Assembly (NCBI GenBank): GCA_964304625.1
Contig: OZ199840.1
Location: 5,383,200-5,447,199, forward strand
Origin: Kudoa neothunni
Lineage: Eukaryota > Animalia > Cnidaria
Length of the DNA: 64,000 nt
Reading direction: 5' to 3'
This document shows, piece by piece, positions 53,587 to 64,000 of this stretch. Position 1 is the first letter of the stretch; the number at the start of each line of letters is the position of its first letter. Position numbers and translations under genes: made by a program. The notes under the pieces were generated by a model. It was not told the origin of the DNA and ran no database searches. It saw only the letters and a list, made by a program, of their open reading frames with translations.

Positions 53587-54957
53587 AACTAATAATATTT
53601 AATGTAAATAGCGTGGTAAATTTGTGCTACAACGAGGCACATTTATTAAATAACTTGGAAACAGTATTCTTAATACAACATTATATTCAGAAATTCAGAT
53701 TTTTATTGGAAAATAAATGATAATATTTAAAAGCCCAAAAAGACTAATTAAATCCTTACAGTTTAAGAAATACCCATTGTTTACACATCCTTTTAAGTTA
53801 ATTTTATGTTTCTCCGTTTAATATATGCAATGTATCAAAATTCTAAATATTATGCTTTACATAATAAGTAACATTCTGAATTTTACTGATTGTTTGCTTA
53901 ATCGATGTTTATGAGAAGTAACAAATATTGTATTTAATATTATATAAATGATCAATTTTCTATTCCATAACATATTTTTTTTATATAATTAATAATAAAT
54001 AATTAATTTATCTATATCCATATAATGATAAAAATACACAAGGTTATAATAAACCAAATAATAAAATTCGTTAAATTTATCCTATGTTGTTGATTTAAAA
54101 AATTACTATTTCCTGCAGAATAAAAACTTTGTTAAATTAAGTTATAATATTTACTTTTGGGATTTATGTATTGCATTCCGTTACGAAAACAAAATTCTGT
54201 CGATTTGGCGTGTTCTTCACAAAATATTTAAAAAATATCTTAATCACTTCATTTCTTTAATTTTTTTTATTTTATACAAATATTGTATGTTTATTTAATG
54301 ATTGCATACTTGTTCAAGTTATAGTCGTATTTTGAAAACACAGAGGCATCATTCATTATTACACACGTATTTTTGTCTATCATAAGTTTATGAATAAAAA
54401 ATTTGAAGCAATTTCTTAATTAAAAAAATAATTCGCTACGAAATAATTAGGAATGATTTTTTTAATCTTAAAATTATCGAGTTTATTTTTAAAATTATTA
54501 ATATATTTTAATCAATACGTTTTTTAGAAATATACAATTACATAATCAATATTGTTACAACAAATTTTAAAATGATATAGGAAGAGATAAAATTCAATAT
54601 TAACTAAGTTAAATAAAAACCGAAAATATACATCAGATAAATATTATCTTTAGATATAATTAATTCGTCATATTTAAAATTATCATAGATAATAAAAATA
54701 TAAATTATTATTAATAAAATTAATTAAACAATCAACAATAGTTAATTTAATAACCTATTACCAAGATACCTAATCAAAAGAGTCAATATTTACAAAGCTT
54801 ATATTTTTATGGTAATGAATTTTAGCTAATGATAAAATATTCGGCAAATAAAAAGATATAACTACTAAAATATTTTAATCAACAACGATAAAATATAATA
54901 TCCAAGATTACATTATCTTAGCTATAGTCATCGTTGATTAGATATGATGAATATAGC

Positions 54958-54965
54958 TATAAAAG
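54958..54965 (+). promoter_or_regulatory. Candidate TATA box of family gene 8
   Basis: TATAAAAG starting 56 nt upstream of ATG 55014. Confidence 0.5.
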
Positions 54966-55013
54966 GACATGATACTCTTCACTTGAATCATTGATTAGAA
55001 TAGATTGACAAAA

Positions 55014-55949
55014 ATGAGTGTTACAACTACTGTTTTTTTGTGTGTTCTCTGTAAATTCTTTGTATGGTATGTTGGTATTTCTAAATCTGTCTTAGATCTA
55101 TTAACTTTGGAAAACACCCAGGCTCATTATGTATCATTAATGTTCATATTATAGAATTTGATTTATTGAATTAATTCTTTCTAGTACAAAGTGAATGAGG
55201 CAGTCGAAAAACAATCAGTTCCCATTCTTTTGTCGTTAATCGACGATGGTTTAATAAAACATGATCAGGCCAAGGTATCAAGTTCTAATTTAAAAGCTTA
55301 ATTGCTTCTATAGAAAGGTATACTCTATGGAGCTATCGGAGATTTGACGACATTTTACAACAAACACCCATTGCATAGTGAACTTTGCATTAAGTATTTT
55401 GTCTGTGATGGTTACGACCGTATATTTTATTTATTTTGTTATGTTTAATTTCTGAACAATTCTTTATAGTCTTAGCATTGAAAGAAAAGACGAAATGCTT
55501 ACCTTGCATCGTATAATATTTATTCTATACTCGTATAATTTTTCCGTAGATGGTTATGTACCTCTTCTATTACCAAAACATCAAAGGGGAGTATCAATTT
55601 AATCATTACGTAAAATTTTTTGTTTTATTAAATATGTTGAATACGATATTTTTTACGTTTTTCAAAGATATAATTTAAAATCTGTAGGAAGAGCTAGAAA
55701 TGCTTAAGGCTTCAAAGATTGTCTGTGAATTAGGAGATAAATGTAACCATAATCAGGTTGTACAAAGTCAAGGTAAGCCATTAATATTGTTTCAATAATT
55801 ATATGTTTATTTTTTATTTGATCTTAGCAATGAGCGTAGGAACCTCGCATCCCCAACAATTCAATGAAACAAACACACTTCAAAATCTCATAGCTAGAGC
55901 AGGAGGTATGAAATTGACTGGAGTAACCATAGAAGCAGGTACCCCTTAG
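55014..55949 (+). CDS. Secreted 6-Cys family protein, gene 8; 8 exons, 191 aa
   Basis: Exons 55014-55050, 55096-55130, 55185-55274, 55314-55419, 55470-55510, 55550-55609, 55688-55772, 55828-55949: MSVTTTVFLCVLYLLTLENTQAHY/YKVNEAVEKQSVPILLSLIDDGLIKHDQAK/KGILYGAIGDLTTFYNKHPLHSELCIKYFVCDGYD/LLALKEKTKCLPCI/MVMYLFYYQNIKGEYQFNHY/EELEMLKASKIVCELGDKCNHNQVVQSQ/AMSVGTSHPQQFNETNTLQNLIARAGGMKLTGVTIEAGTP*. Confidence 0.9.
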
Positions 55950-57321
55950 ACAAACGCCTTCTTTCACATTCATTATCACTATTGTTTCTCTACAACGGGA
56001 TATTTTCCTGATATTGTTTTTTTGGCATTGATATTATTACATTTTTTATTGCTATTTGAAACTGATATTTATTACAAACAAAATAAGTATAGGATTTTAT
56101 CACAACAAACAAACACTTATTCGAGAATAAATTTAATACTTAATAGTAGGTAAAACATTAAATAATAATAATAATAATAGAAATTTTTTTTTCATTTGTT
56201 AATCTCCCATTTCTTCAAAACGTGGATAGTAAGTAAAAATTTTTAATATATAATATTCCATTTTAGATTGACTTTTAATGATTTGAATGCTATATTTTTT
56301 ATGAAAAAATTTGTATTACTAACATAAGGAATATAATAGGCGTCAATAAACAAAAAATATCCCTCTTCAAAATTATTAATAGTATCTAAGTTTTAAAATT
56401 GTAAAAAATTTCATTTTAATTTACTTACCTATTTTTAGATTTAAAACATCAATTTATGTCATATCGAATATGTTTAGCGCATGTTATTATTGAGTGTATA
56501 CGCCAGGGACATCAAAGTCATTTACTAAGAGGTCGCATTTTTTATTTTCATATGTTTCGATGGCGGGAATATGAAATTGTTTTATCAACTTATAAATTCA
56601 ACAATAATATATATACTTATAAAATTATCAATTTATATTTGAATGTGAAACATCAAGCCACTTCATGACCGATCAATGTTTCTCCCTCTCAATACAAATA
56701 GAGTAATTCCAATTATAAGAAATGCATTAATATTTTAAACTGGTTTCTATGTCATGAATTAGTATATTTCGTTTATGAGAACTCGCTGGGATTACAAACG
56801 ACTCATCGTCTACTGTATAATTCAAAAACAAAATTTGGCTGATGATGATATTTGTTTTAATTATTAAGTGCGCTTATTTCAAATAAAAATGAATTTTTAT
56901 TTATTTAAACCCCACTTAAAATTTGTAGATGCTCATAATTTATAGGTTATCGGGTTCAAAATTTTTTATTATTTATTTAATAATCACCATTTGGATATAA
57001 GTGCATAATTTTGTAGAATTCTGTATGATACTAGCAATCATCTGATGAACGGTGATTACTACATCATCATTTAAAAATTATAATATAAAATCACTTAAAC
57101 TCAACTATAATAAAGCTTTTTAACTATTGGAAGTATTATAATTAATTAAACCTTGAAACATATATCTCATCAATTCATATGTTTTAAATTTATGATTTCG
57201 CAATATTAATGCGTCAATTTTCTCTTTAGTTTCATTAAAATTTAAAAACCGCCCAAATAAATTAAATGATAAGTTTTTATCTACGCTCGTCCATTATAGT
57301 AATGTACTGATAAATATAAGC

Positions 57322-57850
57322 CAGCCAGGGGTCGGGAACCTTTTTGGGGGAGAGAGCCATAAAACATATTTTAAAACAAATAATAGAAGTGCCTATGTGC
57401 TTTTTATATAATTCCAACATTTTAATGTAAAACAAGTCACTCAATTCTTTTTAATGTCCTTTTTAAATTATTGCCAATCAATGAATAATATATATCATCA
57501 TCAATGCGATTTTGGTTTCAACATGGTTTTGCAGATGGCGTTGTAGCCTGGTCGACACTTGACGAAATTAGGCTTCATTCCAGCGTTGAAACTTCCATCC
57601 GTTATACGTGGCCGTAGTTTGGTCTTAATGTTTTTTAAATGTAGAAGGTCACCTTGCATATATAAGTGGGGACTAACATTGTCATTACAACAATACTCGC
57701 ACGCTGCAGTGTATTGTACAGTAACCGACTTACCGTAGTTATCGTTCCGCATATGCACAGCGGATTCAACGAAACAGTTTTAAAAATTGGAAATTTTTCT
57801 GCTGACCAGATACTGCCATCCAACGAGCCACATCTGGCTCCTGACCTTTG
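57322..57850 (-). mobile_element. Internally deleted hAT (Buster/Charlie, GTF2IRD2-like) element
   Basis: Terminus CAGGGGTCGGGAACCTTTTTGG at 57326; other end GAGCCACATCTGGCTC-CTGACCTTTG. Degenerate 8-bp TSD ATATAAGC/TTTTAAGC with central TA. Minus strand keeps the dimerisation-domain tail LKNIKTKLRPRITDGSFNAGMK...KSH*. Confidence 0.75.
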
Positions 57851-58439
57851 TTTTAAGCGAATTAAGAAAGTTACTTTGGCGCAATCGCTCTCATGATTAT
57901 GAAGGTATCCCGGGTCTGATTTGGAAACCCCTGCAAATGTCTGGTCTGATTTTTAATTACAAGCATTTATTGGAAAGGAAAGACGCAACATGTACACATC
58001 AGAATGATAAAATTTTATTGTTATTGCCTTATTGTATTAAATAAAAATGGCAGAATTAAATTTCTTGTGTAACTAATTGAATTAGTAATAACAACATATG
58101 AAAACATTATCACACATTTTAATAATTATAAATAATGTTGAAAAATTAAAATTTATAGCAATATATTTTCTTAAAAAAATTTTTCAAGTGATTAACATTT
58201 AACAAATTTATATTTAACCCTTTGAGTACTGAAAATCAAGGAGTGAGCAAATATTTTTATTAAAATGTTAAAATAATAAATAAAAATGAAATTAATAACA
58301 TATATAAAAATTTTGTTAATATTTAGTTAGTAAGCCTATTAAACTTAATGACGCCATATGGCACCAATCGGAGAAACCTTGGTCTCCAAAATTTAAAACG
58401 ACGTTGTTGTTCCCCAAAAATAAGCATATAATAGATTAA

Positions 58440-60175
58440 CGTAAGGAAAAAGCGATTTTTTCGTATGATAGTCCAAGAAGCAGTTTCTATTTATATTTAA
58501 GCATAATTAGACATCGCATTTGTCACAGATTGTTCTGGAACGCAATCTACAAAATTTACCTATTACTTTGACCATTATGAATTCTGGGAAATGAGATGTT
58601 TGGGAAAATCGTACATTTTTACTTACCTGTGACTCAGATAGATTATAGACCCTACCTATCATTGGAATTGATGTAATAACAAAGTTGGATGTGGACGGCC
58701 TACCTCTCCTCTTCATCATATTTACCATCTGATTCACATGCATCAATTGCTCGCTCAACGAAACGTTATAATCCATTAAACAACGATTATTTTTGGCAGG
58801 AATTTCGTTTAACACGCATTGGCGTTTTTAGACAAGGGATCCGATAAGGATACAAAAATTAATAACCCACAAAATATCCTCTTATTCCAATTTATGGATT
58901 TATGGTACAATCGATAAAGAGTCATCAATATTTCAGAAAAGTCCATTCCACCCATATTTCGATCGTACATTATGATGATATGTGGCAATCGATTTTTTTC
59001 AACTTTTTTTTCTTTTCGATCATAGCTGTCGATAATGCTAATAGGAGAAATAGAGTGAGTCACAGTTACGACGGAGCTGTCTAACCAACGCACAATGTTA
59101 GTTTTTGAATTTTTATCTACATATAACGCGTATTCGTAACCGCCCCTTTTTAATTTTTATAGTTCTTATCATCATTGATAGGACAATTACGGAGGCGATT
59201 TCTTCTCATCTTACTCGCAGAATGATGACCCATTTTGAGTAGAATCGAATGCAGCGGGAGCGTTGAAAAATAATTATCAAAATATAGGTTGCGTATGTTT
59301 CCCTTTTCAATAGACTGGGCCAATTTTAAAACGATGTGGGAACATCGACAGCCAGAGTTTTCGCCATCGTAAGTAAAATTACCATCTTCAAAAATTTGTA
59401 ATGGACAACACCACCCGACCAATTTCTTGTAAATACCTTGAACTCCCATTTTGCAGGTTAGGATGGCAGATTATAGTTTGAGGCCAGATTTAACTTCATA
59501 TGGAATCATCTGCATATCCACGCATTGATTATAGTCGGATTCAGTTTTCAAACAGGCCTCTCGAATGATGTCTGGTAGGGACCTCACATTAAAAAATCGA
59601 TCATAGTCCATGAGGGTATGGAATTTAACAATATCCTGATTATTTCAAAGATGAATGAATTTTTGCATATACATGAAGCGATCTTTCGACATTTTCTCAG
59701 CTATAATTGTTATGTTGAATTCAGCACTCCAATAGCTCCTTATTCTAGGTAGTTCAATAATGGCCATTCTTATATGTCCATCAACGAATAATTTTATTTC
59801 ATTTACAGTAGTTCGAAACGACGAATTTTTATCTATGAAATACATTTTAATTTCTTTACAAATTAATTTAAATAATTTGTCGGAAAAGAACATATTAAAG
59901 TATGAATGAGTATCCAAAATATTTCCTTTTTGGAGTTTTATATTATTGAGGATGTTTTCATCTATCACTTTTGATGAGTTTATTATAAATTGTGGTTGAT
60001 GGTGGTTATGACTCCCGTGTGAGAACTAGTATCTGAGGGAAAATTGGGTTTTCAAATTTTCGATTTCGTCATATGATATGTTTTCAGCGTTACATATAAC
60101 TGTATCAGGTAATAATCTTAACTCCTCAACAATATTGCCATTATCACCAATCTTTTTCACCAAATCAGAGTCCAT
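58440..60175 (-). pseudogene. piggyBac (PGBD3-like) transposase pseudogene
   Basis: IRSYWS...MSKDRF, LYFDNYFSTLPL, RWLDSSVV, YDRNMGGMD and Cys-rich end CDKCDV*LCL...CFLDYH, with many frameshifts. The 3' limit is approximate. Confidence 0.88.
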
Positions 60176-60353
60176 GATAATGTTAATCAGACACAACAAC
60201 ATGGGCAACTAATGGTGGCACGAATTAATCATTCGCTGTAAATCTTAACTTTTATGAACTAATAATGGCGATATACATTTTTTTAACGAAAATATAATAA
60301 TTTTAAGATTAAGATTCTATCCACCAAACATTACCTTTTTATTATACAATAAA

Positions 60354-61109
60354 CTGGCGCAAAAGCCCCGCTTCGCGTTGGCTTCCTTGCTTGGTCACGC
60401 AGACTAAAGCCTTGAGTAGGCCAAGGTCATTTGAAGTTAAAAGTAAATTCAGAGTATTTAGATAAATAATACAAAGATTATTCATTTAACTGATGATTTG
60501 TTTAACTCATTGGGTGGGTGAACCTTATTTAATATTTTTAAAAACGAGTAAACACTACTGAGAGTTTGAATTTCCTATTTAAAGCTACTTAAATATCGAT
60601 TTTCTCCTTGTTGTTCATAATAATCTCTAAATCGTACCATATGAAATTGACTAATCTTGTTAAACATCAAAAAATGAATTTCATATTAATGTTAGGCTAC
60701 ATAACCTAATATTACCTTCCTTATTTGAGTTATATCAATTAACAAATTAATTTTCAATAATTTAATGTAAAATAAACACTATGGTACATTTAAAATTAAC
60801 TTTTTATAACTTTAACGAAATGACCTATATGTTAGCATAAATCCTGAATTCATACCACTCATATCACCTGAAAATGTTTTTAATCATTTTGCAGAACACA
60901 AAGCTTTTATAATTTTTTACGTATTTTTTAGTGTTAAAATAAAATTTTATCTTTCCATATGTGTGCTCAAATGTGGAGATATGCCTCTCTATTAATAATG
61001 AAAAATGCGTACGCACTGACACGGACATTACTACATTATATATATATATATTATATATATATTATAATATATATAGAAGATAGATAGATAGATAGATAGA
61101 TGGATGGAT
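60354..61109 (-). mobile_element. Non-autonomous Helitron nested in the 5' region of PB4
   Basis: Minus-strand 3' end has hairpin GCCAACGC-GAA-GCGGGGC then TTTTGCGCCAG-T. The 5' end is a (TCTA)n(TA)n tract like that of the 50376-51391 element. Confidence 0.55.
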
Positions 61110-61110
61110 A
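61036..61110. repeat. Compound microsatellite (TA)n-(GATA)n-(GATG)n
   Basis: Directly visible. A shorter version lies at ~51364-51393. Confidence 0.85.
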
Positions 61111-61418
61111 TCGATTTAATTTGCATTTTTATTGATAAAACATAAAACAATATTGTTATTTGGTTTTTAAATTAAATAGAAATTATTAAGGACCCTATGA
61201 GATATATTTACGCAGAAAAACTAATATAAACCGAGAAATTTCTAAACCAACGCCAAGGTGCCATTTGGCACCATTCGGTATTAAAGGGTTAAAGGTCGAA
61301 AAATATTCAAAGTACTCACACATAGTTAGATGTAAGCTAACCGACGTTTTATACCTACTTTTCTTTACGTCATGTAGATTTTTAAAAATAGTGATCTGTG
61401 GTAAAATAATTTCATTCA

Positions 61419-62134
61419 CAGTAATGGGCCGGTCGTACGTAATACCCCTGGGGATGAGTAAATTATACGGATTATCAGTCCCAGCCGGATAATACGTATT
61501 TTTTGCACAAGCGCACAAAAAATATTATAACAAAAAACTATCTATAACTTAAATATTAATGAAAAGAAAATTATTTATTTTGTTTAGAATTACAATTTAA
61601 AAATGAATGAACATCTGGAATAGAATCAGACAATAACTCCCACCTGTTTGAGTCATGATGTTTAATATAGTTACCAACACCTTCTAAATAACACCAAGCC
61701 ATCTCTGAAATTCTCGATATTTTATCAATAAAATCATCATCAGTTATTGAATTATTAGGGAGGGACTGTCATTGCACCATTGTTATTTCTATGAATTGGA
61801 GAGGACATCATTAAAAACCATACCATTGTTTATCTACATCATGTGTCTATGTTTATCCTTCATAATTCAAATAGCTACCACATTGATATGACCATAAAAA
61901 CTTATTAATTGTTTAATCGCGGTAAAAAGAAAGAAAACGCTTAAATTAATTACCCAGTCAAAGCAAAAATTTACGTACGACCAATCCTCATCAGACTTTT
62001 TATTCATCTTTTTTACGTACTAATTATGCTTATAAATTATTTAATGCGAATATTTTTAACATTAAATCATTTAAATAGGAAGGAGCATTTTAATATGTAA
62101 AATGACTAATGAAGGTACGACCGGTCGATTACTG
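61419..62134. mobile_element. MITE or deleted Tc1/mariner-like element
   Basis: 20-bp TIR CAGTAATGGGCCGGTCGTAC versus reverse complement CAGTAATCGACCGGTCGTAC (18/20). TA on the right flank, CA on the left. Confidence 0.65.
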
Positions 62135-62874
62135 TATCACTGTAGTTCAATGTCAATTTATTAAATTAAGAATATTAAAATTTAGTGATACCGATGTGTT
62201 TATTAATAATAATTTTTGATATCAAAATAAATTAATTGTTTTACACAACCATTAAACATGGATGAGGTTTACAATTTAATTCCTGTCCAACAATTTGAAT
62301 ATATATTTGATAAATAATTATTTTTTACATATATGAATATATCAAATAAAATAATAATTAAAAATTAATATATTCTAAATAATATAATCCCTATCAATAA
62401 TTAAAAATAAACAATAATCTATTAGAATTTAAATTATTCAGTTATCACATTGTTTTATTTATTTATCTACTATTAATCTTTTGAAAAGATTATTTATCTT
62501 AAAAAATATTGGAATTGTGAGAAGCGACGTAACAGAGATATAAATTTATTGCCGTATCTTTGTAATTCAATGATATTAATCAATACAGATAAATAATATA
62601 AACAGACACATTTTAATTATTGTATTTATTTGAATTAAATGTATACGTTAAGCTCGGATAATTGAGTATTTTATAATATTTAACTCAAACTAAAAATCAA
62701 TTAAAAATCTCTCTCAAATCAACGTATATATTATACACAACAAATTTTAGATAATCGATAATCTAGATAGTAATTTTTATTTTTGTTTCTACATATGTGA
62801 AATATATTGTTATCTATACTCGATAAAACCTTAAATAATCGAGATTTTGTCATATTTCTTTTGTGTGTCCAAAA

Positions 62875-63725
62875 ATGTCGATACATACAATTGTTTTCCT
62901 TGGCTTCATTTGTTATATTCATAATTTGATACATAAATTTATTTTTATTAGGTGTCATAAAAATAGTACCTACTATAGAAGATGAGGTATCATGCTTTTC
63001 AAAATAATTTAATACACTTCAATAGTTTATTTTAATGAATAAAATGAGAGATCAGTTGATTCTAAGTTTGGTTGACCTAAGTAATAACAAATTATTTCAA
63101 AGTGATACAATTAAAGTATGCCTTTGGTTTCTTAAATGAAAATAAAATTATCCAGAATCTTATCATACAAGATGCTCTTGGCGATTTACCAGGATTCATT
63201 CATGAGTTTCCTATACTCACAGAACTTTGCGAGATATATGCTGTCTGTGAATACCCCTATAGTATGTTTTTTATTCACCCAATATCAATATAAATATATT
63301 CATAATTTTTTTTTTCGAATTCAAGTTCTCAAATTAAGAAATAAACCTGAATGCGTTCCATGTGTCGTAATTAATTTCTTCATGACAATGATATAGTTTT
63401 ATTATAGTTGGTTTTATATTTGTTTCATATGAGGGAACATATTAATCAACCTTTCACTGAATCAGTAAATATTTATAATATCCACGCAATCTATAAATCA
63501 ACATAATTTCCTTAATTCTCTTTCGCCACAGAAACAATATATGTTACTTCAAGTAACGAAATTATTATGCACTTTGGGGGATCACTGCACACCCTATCAG
63601 CATTATTTTCACTTACGTAATTAATCATTTTTACATATTTAAAGCTGTTATATTAATCGACTTATTATTTTACTTCATTTTTAGACTCAGTAACTTATAA
63701 CAAAGATCAGGGACCTCATTGCTAA
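62875..63725 (+). CDS. Secreted 6-Cys family protein, gene 9; 8 exons, 163 aa (frame stays open to 63812 after the stop)
   Basis: MSIHTIVFLGFICVIKIVPTIEDE/FILMNKMRDQLILSLVDLSNNKLFQSDTIK/NLIIQDALGDLPGFIHEFPILTELCEIYAVCEYPY/ILKLRNKPECVPCV/LVLYLFHMREHINQPFTES/KQYMLLQVTKLLCTLGDHCTPYQHYFHL/HSVTYNKDQGPHC*. Confidence 0.85.
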
Positions 63726-64000
63726 TTGGATAAATTCTCTAACCTTGATCGCTGTGGTGAATTTTACATCAGATTTTACTATATAAAATCAAATATAACT
63801 ATACCAATCTAATTCGATATGTGGTAAATTTAGATATTTTTTAAATTTTCAAATGAATATAATTTTTATCATGATAAGATGAATAATGATTAAGGAACAA
63901 CATAATTTTAAGTTCCATAAAAATAATTTTTTCGTTACATTCTTTCCATAATTAAAATTTAAATTTCATAATGCTTTGAAATGAATAAAGTATTTGTTTA

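Larger units (their letters stand above)
58218..61288 (-). mobile_element. piggyBac DNA transposon of a different subfamily, element PB4
   Basis: TTAA at 58214-58217 and 61289-61292. Ends CCCTTTGAGTACTGAA and reverse complement CCCTTTAATACCGAA. Palindrome GGTGCCATTTGGCACC at ~61257, with a variant at ~58350. Confidence 0.82.

Noticed and set aside
63723-63725. Stop-codon reassignment (non-standard genetic code)
   Set aside because: TAA, TAG and TGA each terminate other modelled genes, and no in-frame stops occur in exons 1-7 of any copy.
1-64000. CRISPR array, rRNA, tRNA or prokaryotic operons
   Set aside because: No regularly spaced direct repeats or structured RNA genes were seen. The palindromes belong to transposon ends, and the genes have spliceosomal introns.

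Overview
Very AT-rich eukaryotic DNA with short spliceosomal introns (mostly about 40-110 nt), not prokaryotic. The style fits a reduced parasitic invertebrate genome such as a myxozoan cnidarian, but that is inference only. The ORF track misses the main content because the genes are split into small exons. Splicing by hand reveals a same-strand (+) array of nine 8-exon paralogues (ATG at 516, 7299, 13822, 21118, 35740, 39283, 46201, 55014, 62875). They encode predicted secreted 158-191 aa proteins with the frame C-x5-C-x13-C-x2-C-x33-C-x5-C. The frame is saposin-reminiscent but not a canonical saposin. Exon lengths and phases are nearly fixed, sequences are highly diverged, and the last exon cannot be aligned between copies. 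A 6-exon gene for a secreted five-Kunitz-domain protein (26086-27551) sits inside the array; four of its domains have lost disulfide pairs. The spacers hold decayed DNA transposons: four piggyBac elements plus remnants, a Mutator/SWIM element, a Merlin/ISXO2 element, an IS630-Tc1-mariner element, a hAT/Buster derivative, non-autonomous Helitrons and MITEs. No rRNA, tRNA or CRISPR array was recognised. All gene models were derived by eye and need RNA support.
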